Positions 28,951 to 41,500 of a stretch of 64,000 nucleotides of DNA are shown piece after piece (position 1 is the stretch's first letter; the number at the start of each line of letters is the position of its first letter). The notes under the pieces are model-generated. The model saw only the letters and a program-made list of their open reading frames with translations, was not told the DNA's origin and made no database searches. A program made the translations under genes and the position numbers. Origin of the DNA: the human T2T-CHM13v2.0 reference genome, Homo sapiens; NCBI RefSeq assembly GCF_009914755.1, contig NC_060946.1; one strand, written 5' to 3'.

Positions 28951-30999
28951 GAATGGAACGAAATGGAATGGGATGGGATGGAATGGAATGGAATGGAAGT
29001 TAATCAACACGAATGGAATGGAACGGAATGGACTGGAATGGAATGGAATGGAATGGAATGGAATGGAATAGAATGGAGTGGAATGGAACGGAATGGAGTG
29101 GAATGCAATAAACACCAGGGGAATGAAATGGATTGGAATGCACTGGAATGGAACGGAATGGAGTGGAATGCAATAAACACCAGGGGAATGAAATGGATTG
29201 GAATGAAATGGAATGGAATGGAATGGAATGGAATGGAATGGAATGAAATCAACCCGAGTGGAATGGAACGGAATGGAATGGAATGGAAAGGAATGAATGG
29301 AATGGAATGGTGTGGAATCAACACGAGAGGAATGGAATGGAATGGAATGGAACGGAACGGAATGGAAAGGAGTGGAATGGAATGAACCCGAATGGAATGG
29401 AATGGATTGGAATGGAATGGAATGGAATCAACCTGAGCGGAAAGGTATGGAATGGAATGGAGTGGAATGGAATGTAACGGAATGGAATGGAATGGAATGG
29501 AATCAACACGAATGGATTGGAACGGAATGGAATGGGATGGGATGGAATGGATCGGAATGGATTCCAATGGAATCACCTGGAATGGAATGGAATGGAATGG
29601 AATGCAATGGAATGGAATGGAATGGAATAAATCCGGGTGGAGTGGAATGGAATGTAATGGAGTGGAATGTAGTGGAATTTAGTGGAATGGAATGGAATGG
29701 AATGGAATGGAATGGAATGGAATGGAATGGAATGAAATCTATTGGATCAGAATGGAATCCAATGGAATCAACTGGAATGGAATGGAATGCAATGGAATGG
29801 AATGGAATGAAAAGGAAAGGAACAAAATGGAATCAACAAGAGTGGAATGGAATGGAATGGAATAAAATTAACCCGAGTGGAATGAAATGGAATGTAATGC
29901 AATGGGATGGAGTGGAATCAACCCCAGTGGAATGGAATGGAATGGAATGGAAAGGAATGGAATGGAATGGAATAAATCCGGGTGGAGTGGAATGGAATGT
30001 AATGGAGTGGAATGTAATGGAATTTAGTGGAATGGAATGGAATCGAATGGAATGGAATGGAATAAATCCGGGTGGAGTGGAATGGAATGTAATGGAGTGG
30101 AATGTAATGGAATTTAGTGGAATGGAATGGAATGGAATGGAATGAAATGGATTGGATCGGAAAGGAATCCAATGGAATCAAATGGAATGCAATGGAATGG
30201 AATGGAATGGAATGGAATGGAATGGAATGGAATCAACCCGAATGGGATGGCATGGAATGGAATTGAATGGAATGGAATGGAATGGAATGGAATGGAATGG
30301 AGTGGAATCAACCCAAGTGCAATGGAATAGAATGGAATGCAATGGAAGCCACCCGAGGGGAATGGAATGGAATGGAATGGAATGGAATGGAATGCAATGG
30401 AATGGAATGGAATCAAAAGGAATAGAATGGAGTGGAATGGAACGGAATGGAGTGGAATGCAATAAACACCAGGGGAATGAAATGGATTGGAATGAAATGG
30501 AATGGAATGGAATGGAATGGAATGAAATCAACCCGAGTTGAATAGAACGGAATGGAATGGAATGGAAAGGAATAAATGGAATGGAATGGTGTGGAATCAA
30601 CACGAAAGGAATGGAATGGAATGGAATGGAACGGAACGGAATGGAAAGGAATGGAATGGAATGAACCCGAATGGAATGGAATGGATTGGAATGAATGGAC
30701 TGGAATCAACCTGAGCGGAAAGGAATGGAATGGAATGGAGTGGAATGGAATGTAACGGAATGGAATGGAATGGAATGGAATCAACATGAATGGAACGGAA
30801 TGGAATGGAATGGGATGAGATGGAATGGAATGGAATGGAAGTTAGTCAACACGAATGGAATGGAATGGAATGTAATGGAATAAAAAGGAAAGGAACAGAA
30901 TGGAATCAACACGAGTGGAATGGAATGGAACGGAATGGAATCAACCCGAGTGGAATGAAATGGAATGTAATGCAATCGGATGGAGTGGAATCAACCCGA

Positions 31000-33900
31000 A
31001 TGGAATGGAATGGAATGGAATGGAATGGAATGGAATGAAATGGATTGGATCGGAATGGAATCCAATGGAATCAACTGGAATGGAATGGAATGGAATGGAA
31101 TGGAATGGAATAAATCCGGGTGGAGTGGAATGGAATGTAATGGAGTGGAATGGAATGAAATTCAGTGGAATGGAATGGAATGGAATGGAATGGAATGGAA
31201 TGGAATGGAATCAAACCGAATGGAATGGAACGGAAAGGAATGGAAAGGATTGGAGTGGAATGGAATGGAATGGAGTGGAATGGAATGGAATGGAATGGAA
31301 TGGAATGGAATGGAATCAACCAGAATGGGATGGCATGGAATGGAATGGAATGGAATGGAATGGAATGGAATGGAATAAACCCAAGTGCATTGGAATGGAA
31401 TGGAATTCAATGGAATCCACCCAAGTGGAATGGAAAGGAATGGAATGGAATGGAATGGAATGGAATGGAGTGGAATGGAACGGAATGAAGTGGAATGGAA
31501 TAAACACAAGGGGAATGAAATGAATTGGAATGAAATGGAATGGAATGGAATAGAATGGAATCAAGCAGAGTGGAATTGAACAGAATGGAATGGAATGGAA
31601 AGGAATGAATGGAATGGAATGGTGTGGAATCAACACGAGAGGAATGGAATTGAATTTAATTGAAAGGGATGGAATGGAAAGGAATGGAATGGAATGAACC
31701 CGAATGGAATTGAATGAATTGGAATGGAAACAACCCGAGCGGAAAGGAATGGAATGGAATGGAGGGGAATGGAATGGAATGGAATGGAATGGAATGGAAT
31801 GGAATGGAATGGAATGGAATCAACACAAATGGAATGGAACGGAATGGAATGGGATGGGATGGAATGAAATGGAATGGAAGTTAATCAACACGAATGGAAT
31901 CGAACGGATTGGAATGGAATGGAATGGAATGGAATGGAATGGAATTTCATGGAATGGAATGAAATGGAAAGGAACGGAATGGAATCAACACGAGTGGAAT
32001 GGAATGGAACGGAATGGAATCAACCCAAGAGGAATGAAATGGAAAGTAATGCAATGGGATGGAGTGGAATCAACCCGAGTGGAATGGAATGGAATGGAAT
32101 GGAATGGAATGAAATGGAATGGATCGGAATGGAATCCAATGTAAACAACTGGAATGGAATGGAATGGAATGGAATGGAATGGAATTTAGTGGAATGGAAT
32201 GGAATGGAATGGAACGGAACGGAATGGAAAGGAATGGAATGGAATGAACCCGAGTGGAATGGAATGGATTGGAATGGAATGGAATGGAATCAACCTGAGC
32301 GGAAAGGAATGGAAAGGAATGGAGTGGAATGGAATGGAATGGAATCAACATGAATGGAATGGAACGGAATGGAGTGGAGTGGAATGGAATATAACGGAAT
32401 GCAAGTTAGTCAACACGAATGGAATGGAATGGAATGGAATGGAATGAAAAGGAAAGGAAAAGAATGGAATCAACACGAGTGGAATGGAATGGAACGGAAT
32501 GGAATCAACCCGAGTGGAATGAAATGGAATGTAATGCAGTGGGAGGGAGTGGAATCAACCCGAGTGGAATGGAATGGAATGGAATGGAATGGAATGGATT
32601 TTAATGGAATGAAATGGAATGCATCGGAATGGAATCCACTGGAATTAACTGGAATGGAATGGAATGGAATGGAATGGACTCAACACGAATGGAATGGAAC
32701 GGAATGGAATGGGATGGGATGGAATGGAATAGAATGGAAGTTAATCAACACGAATGGAATCGAACGGAATGGAATAGAATGGAATGGAATGGAATGGAAT
32801 GGAATGGAATGGAATGGAATTTCATGGAATGGAATGAAATGGAAAGGAACGGAATGGAATCAACACGAGTGGAATGGAATGGAACGGAATGGAATCAACA
32901 CGAGTGGAATGAAATGGAAAGTAATGCAATGGGATGGAGTGGAATCAACCCGAGTGGAATGGAATGGAATGGAATGGAATGGAATGGAATGAAATGGAAT
33001 GGATCAGAATGGAATCCAATGTAAACAACTGGAATGGAATGGAATGGAATGGAATGGAGTGGAATGGAATGGAATGGAATGCAATGGAATTTAGTGGAAT
33101 GGAATGGAATGGAATGGAATGGAATGAAATGGATTTGATCGGAATGGAATCCAATGGAATCAAGTGGAATGGAATGGAATGGAATGGAATGGAATGGAAT
33201 AAATCCGGGTGGAGTGGAATGGAATGTAATGGAGTGGAATGGAATGGAATTTAGTGGAATGGAATGGAATGGAATGGAATGGAATGGAAAGGAATCAACC
33301 CGAATGGAATGGAACGGAATGGAATGGAAAGGAATGGAATGGAATGGAATGGAATGGAATGGAAAGGAATGATTGGAATGGAATGGTGTGGAATCAACAC
33401 GAAAGGAATGGAATGGAATGGAATGGAACGGAACGGAATGGAAAGGAATGGCATGGAATGAACCCGAATGGAATGGAATGGATTGGAATGGAATGGAATG
33501 GAATCAACCTGAGCGGAAAGGAATGGAATGGAATGGAGTGGAATGGAATGTAACGGAATGGAATGGAATGGAATGTAATCAACATGAATGGAATGGAATG
33601 GAATGGAATGGAATGGAATGGGATGGAATGGAATGGAATGGAAGTTAGTCAACACGAATGGAATGGAATGGAATGGAATGGAATGAAAAGGAAAGGAACA
33701 GAATGGAATCAACACGAGTGGAATGGAATGGAACGGAATGGAATCAACCCGAGTGGAATGAAATGGAATGTAATGCAATGGGATGGAGTGCAATCAACCC
33801 GAGTGGAATGGAATGGAATGGAATGGAATGGAATGGAATGGAATGGAATGAAATGGAATGGATCGGAATGGAATCCAGTGGAATTAAATGGAATGGAATG

Positions 33901-35450
33901 GAATGGAATGGAATGGAATGAAATGGATTGGATCGGAATGGAATCCAATGGAATCAACTGGAATGGAATGGAATGGAATGGAATGGAATGGAATGGAATG
34001 GAATGGAATGGAATAAATCCGGGTGGAGTGGAATGGAATGTAATGGAGTGGAATGGAATGTAATTCAGTGGAATGGAATGGAATGGAATGGAATGGAATG
34101 GAATGGAATGGAATGGAATCAAACCAAATGGAATGGAACGGAATGGAATGGAAAGGAATGGAGTGGAATGGAATGGAATGGATTGGAATGGAATGGAATG
34201 GAATGGAATGGAATCAACCCGAATGGGATGGCATGGAATGGAATGGAATGGAATTTAATGGAATGGAATGGAATAAACCCAAGTGCATTGGAATGGAATG
34301 GAATGCAATGGAATCCACCCAAGTGGAATGGAAAGGAATGGAATGGAATGGAATGGAATGGAGTGGAATGGAACGGAATGAAGTTGAATGGAATAAACAC
34401 AAGGGGAATGAAATGGATTGGAATGAAATGGAATGGAATGGAATGGAATGGAATCAAGCAGAGTGGAATTGAACAGAATGGAATGGAATGGAAAGGAATG
34501 AATGGAATGGAATGGTGTGGAATCAACATGAGAGGAATGGAATTGAATTTAATGGAACGGAACGGAATGGAAAGGAATGGAATGGAATGAACCCGAATGG
34601 AATTGAATGAATTGGAATGGAATCAACCCGAGTGGAAAGGAATGGAATGGAATGGAGGGGAATGGAATGGAATGGAATGGAATGGAATGGAATGGAATAG
34701 AATGGAATCAACACGAATGGAATGGAACGGAATGGAATGGGATGGGATGGAATGCAATGGAATGGAAGTTAACACGAATGGAATCGAACGGATTGGAATG
34801 GAATGGAATGCAATGGAATGGAATGGAATTTCATGGAATGGAATGAAATGGAAAGGAACGGAATGGAAACAACACGAGTGGAATGGAATGGAACGGAATG
34901 GATTCAACACGAGTGGAATGAAATGGAAAGTAATGCAATGGGATGGAATGGAATCAACCCGAGTGGAATGGAATGGAATGGAATGGAATGAAATGGAATG
35001 GATCGGAATGGAATCCAATGTAAACAACTGGAATGGAATGGAATGGAATGGAATGGAATGGAATGGAATTTAGTGGAATGGAATGGAATGGAATGGAACG
35101 GAACGGAATGGAAAGGAATGGAATGGAATGAACCCGAATGGAATGGAATGGATTGGAATGGAATGGAATGGAATCAACCTGAGCGGAAAGGAATGGAATG
35201 GAATGGAGTGGAATGGAATGTAACGGAATGGAATGGAATCAACATGAATGGAATGGAACGGAATGGAATGGGATGGGATGGAATGGAATGGACTGGAAGT
35301 TAGTCAACACGAATGGAGTGGAATGGAATGGAATGGGATGAAAAGGAAAGGAAAAGAATGGAATCAACACGAGTGGAATGGAATGGAACGGAATGGAATC
35401 AACCCGAGTGGAATGAAATGGAATGTAATGCAGTGGGAGGGAGTGGAATC
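31000..35450 (+). repeat. Duplication with period ~2.89 kb, first copy carrying an internal ~0.88 kb duplication
   Basis: CAAGCAGAGTGGAATTGAACAG 31562/34455 and AAACACAAGGGG 31502/34395. GGAATTTCAT at 31941, 32816, 34825. CCAATGTAAACAACT at 32136, 33016, 35015. Confidence 0.82.
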
Positions 35451-35639
35451 AACCCGAGTGGAATGGAATGAAATGGAATGTAATGGAATGGAATGGAATC
35501 ACCCTGAGCGGAAAGGAATGGAATGGAATGGAGTGGAATGGAATGTAACGGAATGGAATGGAATGGAATGGAATCAACATGAATGGAATGGAACGGAATG
35601 GAATGGGATGGGATGGAATGGAATGGGATGGGATGGAAT

Positions 35640-38560
35640 GAAATGGAATGGATCGGAATGGAATCCAATGGAACTAACTGGAATGGAATGGAATGGAATG
35701 GAATGGAATGGAATGGAATGGAATGAAATGGATTGGATCGGAATGGAATCCAATGGAATCAACTGGAATGGAATGGAAAGGAATGGAATGGAATAAATCC
35801 GGGTGGGGTGGAATGGAATGTAATGGAGTGGAATGGAAAGTAATTCAGTGGAATGGAATGGAATGGAATGGAATGGAATGGAATGGAATCAAACCGAATG
35901 GAATGGAACGGAATGGAATGGAAAGGAATGGAATGGAATGGAATGGAATGGAATGGAATGGAATGGAATGGAATGGAATGGAATGGAATGGAATCAACCC
36001 AAGTGCAATGGAATGGAATGGAATGGAATGGAATGGAATGGAATGGAATGGAGTGGAATGGAACGGAATGAAGTGGAATGGAATAAACACCAGGGGAATG
36101 AAACGGATTGGAATGAAATGGAATGGAATGGAGTGGAATGAAATGAAATCAACCCGAGTGGAATGGACCGGAATGGAATGGAATGGAAAGGAATGAATGG
36201 AATGGAATGGTGTGGAATCAAATAGAGAGGAATGGAATGGAATGGAACGGAACGGAATGGAAAGGAATGGAAGGGAATGAACCCGAATGGAATGGAATGG
36301 ATTGGAATGGAATGGAATGGAAACAACCCGAGCTTAAAGGAATGGAATTCAATGGAGTGGAATGGAATGTAATGGAATGGAATGGAATGGAATGGAATCA
36401 ACACGAATGGAATGGAACGGAATGGAATGGAATGGAATGAAATGGATTGGATCGGAAAGGAATCCAATGGAAACAAATGGAATGCAATAGAATGGAATGG
36501 AATGGAATGGAATGGAATGGAATGGAATAAATCCGGGTGGAGTGGAATGGAATGTAATGGAGTGGAATGGAATGGAATTTAGTGCAATGGAATGGAATGG
36601 AATGGAATGGAATGGAATGGAATGGAATCAACCTGAATTTAATGGAATGGAATGGAATGGAAAGGAATGGAATGGAATGGAATGGAATGGAATGGAATGG
36701 AATGGAATGGAATGGAAGGAATCAACCCGAAGGGGATGGCATGGAATGGAATAGAATGGAATGGAATGGAATGGATGGAATGGAGTGGAATCAACCCAAG
36801 TGCAAAGGAATAGAATGGAATGCAATGGAATCCACCCGAGTGGAATGGATGGAATGGAATGGAATGGAATGGAATGGAATGGAAGGAATCAACCCGAAGG
36901 GGATGGCATGGAATGGAATAGAATGGAATGGAATGGAATGGAATGGAATGGAGTGGAATCAACCCAAGTGCAATGGAATAGAATGGAATGCAATGGAATC
37001 CACCCGAGTGGAATGGAATGGAAAGGAATGGAATGCAATGGAATGGAAAGGAATGCAATGGAACGGAATGGAATCGAAAGGAATAGAATGGAGTGGAATG
37101 GAACGGAATGGACTGGAATGCAATAAACACCAGGGGAATGAAATGGATTGGAATGAAATGGAATGGAATGGAATGGAATGAAATGAAATCAACCCGAGTT
37201 GAATAGAACGGAATGGAATGGAATGGAAAGGAATGAATGGAATGGAATAGTGTGGAATCAACACGAGAGGAATGGAATGGAATGGAATGGAACTGAACGG
37301 AATGGAAAGGAATGGAATGGAATGAACCCGAATGGAATGGAATGGATTGGAATGGAATGGAATGGAATCAAACTGAGCGGAAAGGAATGGAATGGAATGG
37401 AGTGGAATGGAATGTAACGGAATGGAATGGAATGGAATGGAATCAACATGAATGGAATGGAACGGAATGGAATGGGATGGGATGGAATGGAATGGAATGG
37501 AAGTTAGTCAACACGAATGGAATGGAAAGGAATGGAATGGAATGAAAAGGAAAGGAACAGAATGGAATCAACACGAGTGGAATGGAATGGAACGGAATGG
37601 AATCAACCCGAGTGGAATGAAACGGAATGTAATGCAATGGGATGGAGTGGAATCAACCCGAGTGGTATGGAATGGAATGGAATGGAATGGAATGGAATGG
37701 AATGGAATGGAATGAAATGGAATGGATCGGAATGGAATGCAATGGAACTAACTGGAATGGAATGGAATGGAATGGAATGGAATGGAATGGAATGGAATGG
37801 AATGAAATGGATTGGATCGGAATGGAATCCAATGGAATCAACTGGAATGGAATGCAATCGAATGGAATGGAATGGAATGGAATGGAATGGAATGGAATGG
37901 AATAAATCCGGGTGGAGTGGAATGGAATGTAATGGAGTGGAATGGAAAGTAATTCAGTGGAATGGAATGGAATGGAATGGAATGGAATGGAATGGAATGG
38001 AATCAAACCGAATGGAATTGAACGGAATGGAATGGAAAGGAATGGAATGGAATGGAGTGGAATGGAATGGAATGCAATGGAATCAACCCAAGTGCAATGG
38101 CATGGAATTGAATGGAATGGAATGGAATGGAGTGGAATGGAACGGAATGAAGTGGAATGGAATAAACACCAGGGGAATGAAATGGATTGGAATGAAATGG
38201 AATGGAATGGAATGGAATGAAATGAAATCAACCCGAGTGGAATGGAACGGAATGGAATGGAATGGAAAGGAATGAATGGAATGGAATGGTGTGGAATCAA
38301 ATAGAGAGGAATGGAATGGAATGGAACGGAACGGAATGGAAAGGAATGGAAGGGAATGAACCCGAATGGAATGGAATGGATTGGAATGGAATGGAATGGA
38401 AACAACCCGAGCTTAAAGGAATGGAATTGAATGGAGTGGAATGGAATGTAATGGAATGGAATGGAATGGAATGGAATCAACACGAATGGAATGGAACGGA
38501 ATGGAATGGAATGGAATGAAATGGATTGGATCGGAATGGAATCCAATGGAATCAACTGGA
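35640..38560 (+). repeat. Duplication with period ~2.08 kb
   Basis: GGAACTAACT 35670/37744, CAAATAGAGAGG 36219/38298, GAGCTTAAAGG 36330/38409, landmarks 36085/38164. Confidence 0.8.
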
Positions 38561-41500
38561 ATGGAATGGAAATGAATGGAATGGAATAAATCCGGGTGGA
38601 GGGGAATGGAATGTAATGAAGTGGAATGGAATGGAATTTAGTGGAGTGGAATGGAATGGAATGGAATGGAATGGAATGGAATAAATCCGGATGGAGTGGA
38701 ATGGAATATAATGGAGTGGAATGTAATGGAATTTAGTGGAATGGAATGGAATGGAATGGAATGAAATGGATTGGATCGGAAAGGAATCCAATGGAATCAA
38801 CTGGAATGCAATGGAATGGAATGGAATGGAATGGAATGGAATAAATCCGGGTGGAGTGGAATGGAATGTAATGGAGTGGAATGTAATGCAATTTAGTGGA
38901 ATGGAATGGAATGGAATGGAATGAAATCTATTGGATCAGAATGGAATCCAATGGAATCTACTGGAATGGAATGGAATGGAAGGGAGTGGAATGAAAAGGA
39001 AAGGAACAAAATGGAATCAACACGAGTGGAATGGAATGGAACGGAATGGAATTAACCCGAGTGGAATGAAATGGAATGTAATGCAATGGGATGGATTGGA
39101 ATCAACCTCAGTGGAATGGAATGGAATGGAATGGAATGGAATGGAATGGAATGGAACGGAATGGAATGGAATGGAATGAAATGGAATGGATCGGAATGGA
39201 ATCCAATGGAATCAACTGGAATGAAATGGAATGGAATGGAAAGGAATGGAATGGAATGGAATAAATCCGGGTGGAGTGGAATGGAATGTAATGGAGTGGA
39301 ATGTAATGGAATTTAGTGGAATGGAATGGAATCGAATGGAATGAAATGGAATGGAATGGAATGGAATAATCCGGGTGGAGTGGAATGGAATGTAATGGAG
39401 TGGAATGTAATGGAATTTAGTGGAATGGAATGGAATGGAATGGAATGGAATGGATTGGATCGGAAAGGAATCCAATGGAATCAAATGGAATGCAATAGAA
39501 TGGAATGGAATAGAATGGAATGGAATGGAATGGAATGGAATAAATCCGGGTGGAGTGGAATGGAATGTAATGGAGTGGAATGGAATGGAATTTAGTGCAA
39601 TGGAATGGAATGGAATGGAATGGATTGGAATGCAATGGAATGGAATCAACCCGAATTTAATGGAATGGAATGGAATGGAAAGGAATGGAATGGAATGGAA
39701 TGGAATGGAATGGAATCAACCCGAATGGGATGGCATGGAATGGAATAGAATTGAATGGAATGGAATGGAATGGAATGGAGTGGAATCAACCCAAGTGCAA
39801 TGGAATAGAATGGAATGCAATGGAATCCACCCGAGTGGAATGGAATGGAATGGAATGGAATGGAATGGAATGCAATGGAATGGAATGGAATCGAAAGGAA
39901 TAGAATGAAGTGGAATGGAACGGAATGGAGTGGAATGCAATAAACACCAGGGGAATGAAATGGATTGGAATGAAATGAAATGGAATGGAATGGAATGGAA
40001 TGGAATGAAATCAACCCGAGTTGAATAGAACGGAATGGAATGGAATGGAAAGGAATGAATGGAATGGAATGGTGTGGAATCAACACGAGAGGAATGGAAT
40101 GGAATGGAATGCAATGAACCCGAATGGAGTGGAATGGATTGGAATGGAATGGAATGGAATAAATCCGGGTGGAGTGGAATGGAATGTAATGGAGTGGAAT
40201 GGAATGGAATTTAGTGGAATGGAATGGAATGGAATGGAATGGAATGGAATGGAATGGAATGGAATCAACCCGAAAGGAATTCAACGGAATGGAATGAAAT
40301 GGAATGGAATGGAATGGAATGGAATGGAATCAACCCAAGTGCAATGGAATGGAATGGAATGCAATGGAATCCACCCGCGTGGAATGCAACAGAATGGAAT
40401 GGAATGGAATGGAATGGAATGGAATGGAATGGAATGGAATGGAATGGAATGGAGTGGAATGGAACAGAATGCAGTGGAATGGAATAAACACCAGGGGAAT
40501 GAAATGGGCTGGAATGAAATGGAATGGAAGGGAATGGAATGGAATGGAATGAAATCAACCCGAGTGGAATGGAACGGAATGGAATGGAATGGAAAGGAAT
40601 GAATGGAATGGAATGGTGTGGAATCAACACGAGAAGAATGGAATGGAATGGAATGGAATGAACCCGAATGGAATGGAATGGATTGGAATGGAATGGAATG
40701 GAATCAACATGAGCGGAAAGGAATGGAATGGAATGGAGTGGAATGGAATGTAATGTAATGTAATGGAATGGAATGGAATGGAATCAACACGAATGGAATG
40801 TAATGGAATGGAATGGGATGGGATGGAATGGAATGGAAGTTAATCAACACGAATGGAATGGAACGGAATGGAAAGGAAAGGAATGGAATGGAATGGAATG
40901 GAATGGAATTGAATGGAATGAAATGGAAAGGAACGGAATGGAATCAACATGAGTGGAATGGAATGGAACGGAATGGAATCAACCCTAGTGGAATGAAATG
41001 GAATGTAATGCAATGGGATGGAGTGGAATCAACACGAGTGGAATGGAATGGAATGGAATGGAATAAATCCGGGTGGAGTGGAATGGAATGTAATGGAGTG
41101 GAATGGAATGGAATTTAGTGGTGTGGAATGGAATGGATTGGAATGGGATGGGATGGAATGGAATGGAATGGAACTTAATCAACACGATTGGAACGGAATG
41201 GAATGGAATGGAATGGAGTGGAATGGAATGGAATCGAATGCAATGGAATCAACACGAATGACATGGCATAGAATGGAATGGAATGGAATGGAATGGAATG
41301 GAATGGAATCAACCCGAATGGAATGGAACGGAATGGAATGGGATGGGATGGAATGGAATGGAATGCAAGTTAGTCAACACGAATGGAATGGAACGGAATG
41401 GAATGGAATGAAAAGGAAAGGAACATAAAGGCATCAACACGAGTGGAATGGAATGGAACGGAATGCAATCAACCCGAGTGGAATGAAATGGAATGTAATG

